Assembly (NCBI GenBank): GCA_002269645.1
Contig: NIVC01000020.1
Location: forward strand, 186,001-250,000
Reading direction: 5' to 3'
Length of the DNA: 64,000 nt
Source of the DNA: Macrostomum lignano
Lineage: Eukaryota
Below, piece after piece: positions 57,001-64,000 of this stretch (within the stretch, counting starts at the first letter, position 1; each line of letters starts with the position of its first letter). A program made the translations under genes and the position numbers. The notes under the pieces were generated by a model. The model did not search any database. It worked only from the letters and a program-made list of their open reading frames with translations, and had not been told where the DNA came from.

Positions 57001-60000
57001 GCTGGGACTGAGATCGGGACTGTGACCGGGACTATGACAGGGACTATGGCTGGGGCTGAGATCGGGACTGTGACCGGGACTATGACAGGGACTATGGCTG
57101 GGGCTGAGATCGGGACTGTGACCGGGACTATGGCTGGGGCTGAGATCGGGACTGTGACCGGTGACTATGGCTGGGGCTGAGATCGGGACTGTGACCGGGA
57201 CTATGGCTGGGGCTGAGATCGGGACTGTGACCGGGACTAGGGCTGGGACTGAGATCGGGACTGTGACCGGGACTATGACAGGGACTATGGCTGGGGCTGA
57301 GATCGGGACTGTGACCGGGACTATGACAGGGACTATGGCTGGGGCTGAGATCGGGACTGTGACCGGGACTATGACAGGGACTATGGCTGGGGCTGAGATC
57401 GGGACTGTGACCGGGACTATGGCTGGGGCTGAGATCGGGACTGTGACCGGGACTATGGCTGGGGCTGAGATCGGGACTGTGACCGGTGACTATGGCTGGG
57501 GCTGAGATCGGGACTGTGACCGAGACTATGGCTGGGACTCTGCCGGCTTCCTGGGCCCCGCCCTGGCCGACCCAAACTCGCCTGGCCTCTCTGTGGGGGG
57601 CGGGGCCGGCTGGACAGGCGGATACCCGCCCGCCTCCCGCCCCGCCCCCCGCCCGGCCTCCTCCCTGCTCTGTGCTCCCGCGCCTGCCTGTCTCTTCTCT
57701 GCTCACCGTCTCAAGAACCCCCCCCCCCGACAGTTTGCACTATTTCCTTGCTATATTTACTAAACTGGTTGAGCTGCGGGCCCAGACAGTCCGCAGCGGC
57801 AAATGAATTGAGCTGGGAGAAACGGAGACAGGAATCGGTACTGGGAAGGGAATTAATCGATCTGCGTCCTTAGCCAGGGACTGTGCGGTCCAAGTGGGCT
57901 GTCCAGGCCACTGGAATGCGGAGCGCTGGGGCCCAGCCTGCTCCCAGGGTCTTCATAAGGAACTGCAGTAGCCGTGCATTTTTGTTCTTCAAGTGTTGCC
58001 TTGTCTTAGCCTTCTGCCCAGCGAAATTTGCTAGGATTTTGCTTGGGGAAATTCCAGGCAGTTTCCATTCCCCTGCGCATTATCAGCGGTGCACTTTGCC
58101 GCGTGTGCAGTGGCTCGTTGCCATCAGTTCGCGGTGCACTTTGCCGCGTGTGCAGTGGCTCGTTGCCATCAGTTCGCAGTGCACTTTGCCGCGTGTGCAG
58201 TGGCTCGTTGCCATCAGTTCGCGGTGCACCTCTGCCCGTGTCTACCTGGCCTCCCCGCACAGAAATCAAATCTGCGGCGTCCATCCCCAATCCCAGCGGG
58301 GCTTTCCGGATCCCCGCGGGTGCTTTGGGTGGCCGCTGAGGGAGTCTGGACCAGATGACAGAGTGCAAAGCTGTCATTCATGCTGTACTGCGCTCCTCCA
58401 TTTTTAGAAAGCGCCATCATTCTCGGTAACTTGCTGCCCGGCAGTTTTATTCAATAACTTGGCTGCTAGACTCCTGTTTCTGTTTTACCTGCTTTCACTA
58501 TTCGCTGCGCTCTCGATTGCAATAACAATCACTATGTTGCACTTTTAGCATAAGCCCAGATCCCGGTTTGGGATCTGCAGATATGCACTACTGACTGCCG
58601 CTATGTGCAGTAGTAGTATGTGTACCAGTATTCCTGCGTGTTTTTCCCGCGCAGTGTGCACAACTTATTGTCACCTTTTTTAACATTTGCTCTGTAGCTT
58701 TTTAATTTCTCAGTACTGGATGAACTGAGCAGTTTGAGTCAGTGCTGAGCAGTTTGAGTCAGTGCTGGGCAGTTTGAGTCAGTGCTGAGCAGTTTGAGTC
58801 AGTGCTGAGCAGTTTGAGTCAGTGCTGGGCAGTTTGAGTCAGTGCTGAGTAGTTTGAGTCCGTGCTGGGCAGTTTGAGTCAGTGCTGAGCAGTTTGAGTC
58901 AGTGCTGGGCAGTTTGAGTCAGTGCTGAGCAGTTTGAGTCAGTGCTGAGCAGTTTGAGTCAGTGCTGGGCAGTTTGAGTCAGTGCTGAGTAGTTTGAGTC
59001 CGTGCTGGGCAGTTTGAGTCAGTGCTGAGTAGTTTGAGTCAGTGCTGGGCAGTTTGAGTCAGTGCTGAGTAGTTTGAGTCAGTGCTGAGCAGTTTGAGTC
59101 AGTGCTGAGTAGTTTGAGTCAGTGCTGAGCAGTTTGAGTCAGTGCTGAGTAGTTTGAGTCAGTGCTGAGCAGTTTGAGTCAGTGCTGAGTAGTTTGAGTA
59201 AGTGCTGAGTAGTTTGAGTCAGTGCTGAGTAATTTGAGTCAGTGCTGAGTAGTTTGAGTCAGTGCTGAGTAATTTGAGTCAGTGCTGAGTAATTTGAGTC
59301 CGTGCTGGGTAGTTTGAGTCAGTGCTGAGTAATTTGAGTCAGTGCTGAGTAATTTGAGTCGGGGCTTTAATATGGTATTCAATATCGACTCAGTGAATGC
59401 GTAAATCATTACCCAATAGCCAGTAAGGCAGAAAGCAGCACCAACTGCACTCTTCACCGTCTCCATCCCCGAACTCCGCCATCCCGCAGCTCTGTTGTCG
59501 GCTGCTGCTCGGCTACCCCAGTGCAGCAGGCCGGCGTGCAGCGGCACCTCACCATCGGGCCGAACTCGGAAATCCACCACAGGAATCTCATTGACGACTC
59601 GCCTGCATTTGCCAGTGAGTGTTCGATCAGCTCCCCACTTGATTGCATTCCCGCCCGCCTGTCTATCCCTTTCCCAGACTCTGTCCGACATCATTCCTCA
59701 GGGTAAGCCTTTGCTTTCTCCATTTGGTCTTTTTCTTTCAGCAGCTTCAACCGCAGCCTCCCATATCCTGGCCTCCCATTTGCCTCCGACAAGGGGATTC
59801 CTCATCCTGTTCGCCTCGGGGGAGGCGGAAGCAAAAGCAGAAGATGCATCTCCCAGGCCGCCGACAGCTGTCGCCTTCCTGCCCTTCCATGCCCCCCCCC
59901 CCAGATTCCCGACTTATTTTTCACCCCCTGTCAGATCCCGAATCCCCGCCTGCAAATCCGCCGCCCCGCTCCGCTCCCCAGCCGGCTGCGCATGCGCGGT

Positions 60001-62295
60001 CACCCCGGCCGCGTCGGCCGCTTGCGACCGGTCGCTGGGCCAGCTGAGCTCCTGCAGTCAGTCGCCCAACGCGTCGGCGACTCCGCTGATGTCCGGCCTG
60101 GCTGTCCGCGGCGCCGCCTCCGTCGCGCCAAATCGGCAAATCGAAGAGGCGCTCAGAATGGCGCCAGTGATCTGCCAGGGCGCGCTCCAGCGCAAGGTGG
60201 TGTACAAGAGCGGCCGGAAGCAGACCCGGTCCAGCTACGTCCGTTTCTGGGCGGAGCTGGTGGTCACCGAGAGCGGCAGCCACCCGCTGATCCGGCTGTA
60301 CGCCGCCGCCAAGCCCTTCGCCAGCGACAGGCGCGAAGACTTCAAGCGGCAGTGCAAGAAGCAGCAGGACCTCAGCGACGCTTCCGTAGTTGTTTTTGAG
60401 AACACCAGCCAGTGCAGCGACCCAGAGCACACCTTCCAGATCAACTTTGACCTCTCTGGTGAGCTGGCGGACTGCTGCGGGATATGAGATGTCTGGGGGT
60501 ATGGGATGTCTAAGTTGGGAGACGCTTGGGGTGTCTGGATAAATTTTAGTCTAGGGAAATGAGATACCTCAGGACTGCAAATGCTGTTCCTACACTTCAG
60601 GACTGTACAGTGTGGGGACTGTACTGTGTGGGGGCTGTACAGTATGGAGGCTGTACAGTGTGGGACTGTACAGTGTGAGACTGTACAGTGTGGGACTGTA
60701 CAGTGTGGGGGTTGTACAGTGTGGGACTACTGTGTGGGGGCTGTGCAGGGTGGGGGCTGTACTGTGTGGGACTGTACAGTGTGGGACTGTACAGTGTGGG
60801 GGTTGTACAGTGTGGGACTACTGTGTGGGGGCTGTGCAGGGTGGGGGCTGTACTGTGTGGGACTGTACAGTGTGGGACTGTACAGTGTGGGGGTTGTACA
60901 GTGTGGGACTACTGTGTGGGGGCTGTGCAGGGTGGGGGCTGTACTGTGTGGGACTGTACAGTGTGGGACTGTACAGTGTGGGGGTTGTACAGTGTGGGAC
61001 TACTGTGTGGGGGCTGTGCAGGGTGGGGGCTGTACTGTGTGGGACTGTACAGTGTGGGACTGTACAGTGTGGGGGTTGTACAGTGTGGGACTACTGTGTG
61101 GGGGCTGTGCAGGGTGGGGGCTGTACTGTGTGGGACTGTACAGTGTGGGACTGTACAGTGTGGGGGTTGTACAGTGTGGGACTACTGTGTGGGGGCTGTG
61201 CAGGGTGGGGGCTGTACTGTGTGGGACTGTACAGTGTGGGGCTGTACTGTGTGGGGGCTGTACTGTGTTAGGGTTGTACAGGGTGGGGACTGTACAGTGT
61301 TAGGGTTGTACAGGGTGGGGGCTGTACAGTTGGCGTTGGCGGGTGTAACAAAGCGGAGCTTGTTGAGCAGTCCACTCCAGCAGCAAGGGCACCGCAGTGA
61401 GGCAATCCAAAGCCGCTCCGGCCACTTGAGGGCGTAGGAAACTTCTACAGCAGCGGCTTCCATTTAAGGTGGCGGGGCAATTCTCAGCCGATGAACCCGA
61501 GGGGGGGGAGCTTTTATCAGCAGGTGCTCCGGCCTGAGTCACCTGTGCGCCCCTCTGTGCTCGGAACTGGCTGCTCACAGCGGCGGGAAAGATAAGCCCC
61601 ATTTGACTTGTTATGCAACTTGAAGAGCGGAAATCTTTGACCTTCGGTTAGGATTCTTTGACCTTCAGTTCTTCCGGCTCTGGTCCGCTCCGGTTGCAGC
61701 CGTGCCAGGTATCCAATGGATGCATTGTTTGCTTGTGTGTCGCCTTTAGGCTAAATCTGAATTTCAAATTGCAAATTTAGCATCAGGAGATGCCGGATGC
61801 GCCCGCCTGCTAGCAGTTGAAATTCTGCTTATCAACGCCCGCTTACAGCCCTTGCCCTTCGTCAGTTATTATGCTGCTATTTCTAAGAATAGTGTCCGCT
61901 TGATTTACTGGAAACTGCCGGCGCGAAAACTTTTAAAGGGGATATTTCCGAGGGGATTCTCAAGTCCGCCAACCCCCGCCCCCCCGCCGGCCGCAGACCG
62001 GGTCGGCAGCTTCCGGCTGAACTCCTCGGAGGGCAAGTTCTGCAGCTACAAATACCGCGTGAGCCCCGGCAGCCGCAGGCAGACGCGCGACTTCTGGGTG
62101 GCGCAGATCAAGCGGGCCATCCAGCAGAGCAAGAAGGAGAAGTCGCTCATCGACTTCGAGGAGGACTCCGCGGAGGCCGGGGCCGCCGCTGCCGCACCGT
62201 CTGGCGTGGCGGCGAAGCGGGCGGCTGCGGGCAACCTGAACAACAACCGCAGCGAGAGCAGCCTGCACGTGATCGAGGAGAGCACCCAGCTGTGA
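48043..62295 (+). CDS. RALGPS: RalGPS (Ral GEF with PH domain), ~820 aa
   Basis: Phase-consistent exons 48043-48240, 49802-50666, 52178-52309, 52791-53085, 59490-59614, 59678-59702, 59935-60458, 61997-62295 (2463 nt). CDC25 domain without REM ([52 protein letters not shown]); RalGPS-like [29 protein letters not shown]; C-terminal PH domain and LIDFE tail. First exon less certain than the rest. Confidence 0.9.
48355..49052. repeat. Minisatellite, 30-bp unit GACATTCCCCACCCGATTTGCACATCAGGA (intronic)
   Basis: ~23 copies visible. Confidence 0.96.
50695..50863. repeat. Purine-rich minisatellite, ~22-bp unit GAGGAAGGAAGCAGGGAATGGC (intronic)
   Basis: Directly visible; starts ~28 nt after the donor at 50667. 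Confidence 0.9.
51671..52095. repeat. Minisatellite, 21-bp unit AGTAAGCCCAGCAACCAGTGC (intronic)
   Basis: ~20 copies visible. Confidence 0.95.
54809..57538. repeat. G-rich minisatellite, 36-bp unit GGGACTATGGCTGGGGCTGAGATCGGGACTGTGACC with interspersed 12-bp GGGACTATGAC(C/A) modules (intronic)
   Basis: Directly visible; variant units recur. Confidence 0.96.
58086..58229. repeat. Tandem repeat, 45-bp unit, ~3.2 copies (intronic)
   Basis: GCGGTGCACTTTGCCGCGTGTGCAGTGGCTCGTTGCCATCAGTTC repeated. Confidence 0.92.
58725..59360. repeat. Minisatellite, 20-bp unit AGCAGTTTGAGTCAGTGCTG (intronic)
   Basis: ~32 copies visible. Confidence 0.96.
60601..61330. repeat. Minisatellite of ~15-bp GGGACTGTACAGTGT units organised as a 91-bp higher-order repeat (intronic)
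   Basis: GTGGGACTAC recurs at 60721, 60812, 60903 and onward. Confidence 0.93.
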
Positions 62296-62872
62296 CCGGG
62301 GCTCGGAGTTCTCTCTGCTTGATCTCCTCTGTTTGCATATAGATGATCTAGGCGAGCTTTTCTCATTGCAGCCTACTGACTATTCAGTTATTAGTAATAC
62401 TTGCGCAATTTTATAACTGTAATTCTTTGCAATCGGCTCCCATTAAGGCATACGGTTTTTGTTCACCGCCATCCAACCCCTGTCGCCCCCAGTTTTCTCC
62501 GGCAGGCTAGGTTTTTTATTATATTATAGCAAATACCCCGTTTTACCTGCGCACCGCTTCATGGCTGCCAGTTTGTTTCAATTTGCGCTCCAGCAGATAC
62601 CATTTATACTCAAATTCTCTTTTATGCTGTTTTTGTTCTCCGCTTGCTGTTTGCGCACTCTGCCTTTTGCGCTGATCTCTGTGCTGGTCTCTGTCCTCTG
62701 TGTAACATTTTTGCTTCTTGTTATCTCAACTTTTTAGCCTATTGCGCAATAGTTGTTTGGCGAGCCAAAGTAACTGATTTGCCCCACCCTCCGGCCTCCT
62801 CAGGTGAGCTGGGCACCCAAACAAAATATTCACTGCGCTCTCCTGATCTCCTGATCCAGAAATCTATAATTG

Positions 62873-63292
62873 TCCTCAGAACGTCACGAAAACCTCAACC
62901 CCATGAGAACCTCAGAACCCCGTGGGAATCCTCAGAAAGCCATTAGAACCCCAGAATGTCACGAGAACCTCAGAACCTCATGAGAACCCCCAGAAAGCCA
63001 TGAGAACCCCCAGAAAGCCATGAGAACCCTCAGAACGTCACGAAAACCTCAGAACCCGATAAGAGCCCCCAGAAAGCCATGAGAACCCTCAGAACGTCAC
63101 GAGAACCTCAGAACCCCATGAGAACCCCCAGAAAGCCATGAGAATCCTCAGAACGTCATGAGAACCTCAGAACCTCATGAGAAGCCCAGGGCACCATGAA
63201 AACCCTAAAAATTATAAGAACCCTGAGAACGCCATGAGAACCTGAGAATGCCATGAGAACCCTCAGAACGCCATGAGAACCCCCAGAACGCC
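62873..63292. repeat. Degenerate ~20-bp minisatellite CATGAGAACCCTCAGAACG(T/C)
   Basis: Directly visible. Confidence 0.88.
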
Positions 63293-63852
63293 AAGTTCAC
63301 CTACCCACTGACCGCCCCTGATGACCCGCCCACAGACCGGGCCGCCCCACTGCACACTGAAGCTGCTGTCTCCCAGCCGTGTACATAGCCCGAGCACATG
63401 CATATAGCGCACCACACCGCCGCCCTACCGTATCAATTTTGCTTCGCTCTCAGACCCCGCTAATTTGCCGCATTATCAAGGTGCAATTCTGACTGTCGCC
63501 AGCCAACCCATTGTTACCCTTTCACCGCCTCTGGTTTTACCTGTTGCTTTTTTCTATGAGCAATGACCCGGCTATTCCTATGAGCTTCTTCTGCCGATGG
63601 CTTTCCCTCCGATCGAACCAATGCCCCGCTGTTTATTGACTGTTCATTAACTGTTTGTGTACAGAATTACACTCCTGTTCGCCCTCACCGCCTCATCTCC
63701 TGGCGCCTGGCTTTACTAAACTTTTAATTAACCTGGGCCGCTGCTGGCTGGCTTTTCCTGGCTTCTGCCTTCATTTCCTGTGCGCACCTGCTGCGGTTTA
63801 TTAGATTATAGCTTAGATAGCTTAGATGACTGCCTCACTTAAGGTAGAGTAT

Positions 63853-63996
63853 TGCATCACTAGGGTGGATTGCTGCATCACTAGGGCAAATTTTTGCATC
63901 ACTAGGGTGGATTGCTGTATCACTAGGGCAAATTGTTGCATCACTAGGGTAGATTAATGTATCATTAGGGTGGAGTTTTGCATCACTAGGGTAGAT
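63853..63996. repeat. 21-bp tandem repeat GCATCACTAGGG(TGGATTGCT/CAAATTTTT) near the window edge
   Basis: GCATCAC recurs every 21 nt. Confidence 0.85.
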
Positions 63997-64000
63997 AATT

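Noticed and set aside
54470-57505. ([12 protein letters not shown])n ORFs resembling ice-nucleation or antifreeze repeats
   Set aside because: Intronic 36-bp array with recurring frameshifts; the RalGPS exon chain is complete without it.
60581-61437. Cys/Gly-rich keratin-associated-like ORFs
   Set aside because: Artefacts of the 15/91-bp intronic array.

Overview
Eukaryotic (animal) genomic DNA: GC-rich spliced exons, GT-AG introns, and about 30 unrelated minisatellite arrays, mostly inside introns. The style suggests a free-living flatworm such as Macrostomum (inference only). Exon chains were built by hand from splice sites and reading phase. Four genes could be modelled. (1) The 3' part of TMEM107 (+, 1-851). 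Its last intron is U12-type and appears to have two alternative, homologous terminal exons, each with its own U12 branch point and polyA signal; this is the strongest novel candidate. (2) A TBC1D2/TBC1D2B-like Rab-GAP (+, 7318-27022) with PH, coiled-coil and TBC domains plus an unexpected ~660-aa C-terminal beta-propeller-like extension. (3) A secreted, probably GPI-anchored protein with four 8-Cys Ly6/uPAR-like domains (-, 29320-31771); one exon end and its 5' splice site are tandemly amplified 7 times. (4) RalGPS (+, 48043-62295; CDC25 RasGEF plus PH). A full-length Ty3/Gypsy LTR retrotransposon (-, 35112-39639) has a 5-bp TSD, PBS, PPT and one frameshift. An AT-rich block (~40.1-47.4 kb) holds a decayed Merlin/IS1595-like transposase fragment between ~77-bp inverted repeats. 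Most long ORFs in the supplied track are artefacts of tandem repeats. No CRISPR array, rRNA or convincing tRNA gene was found.
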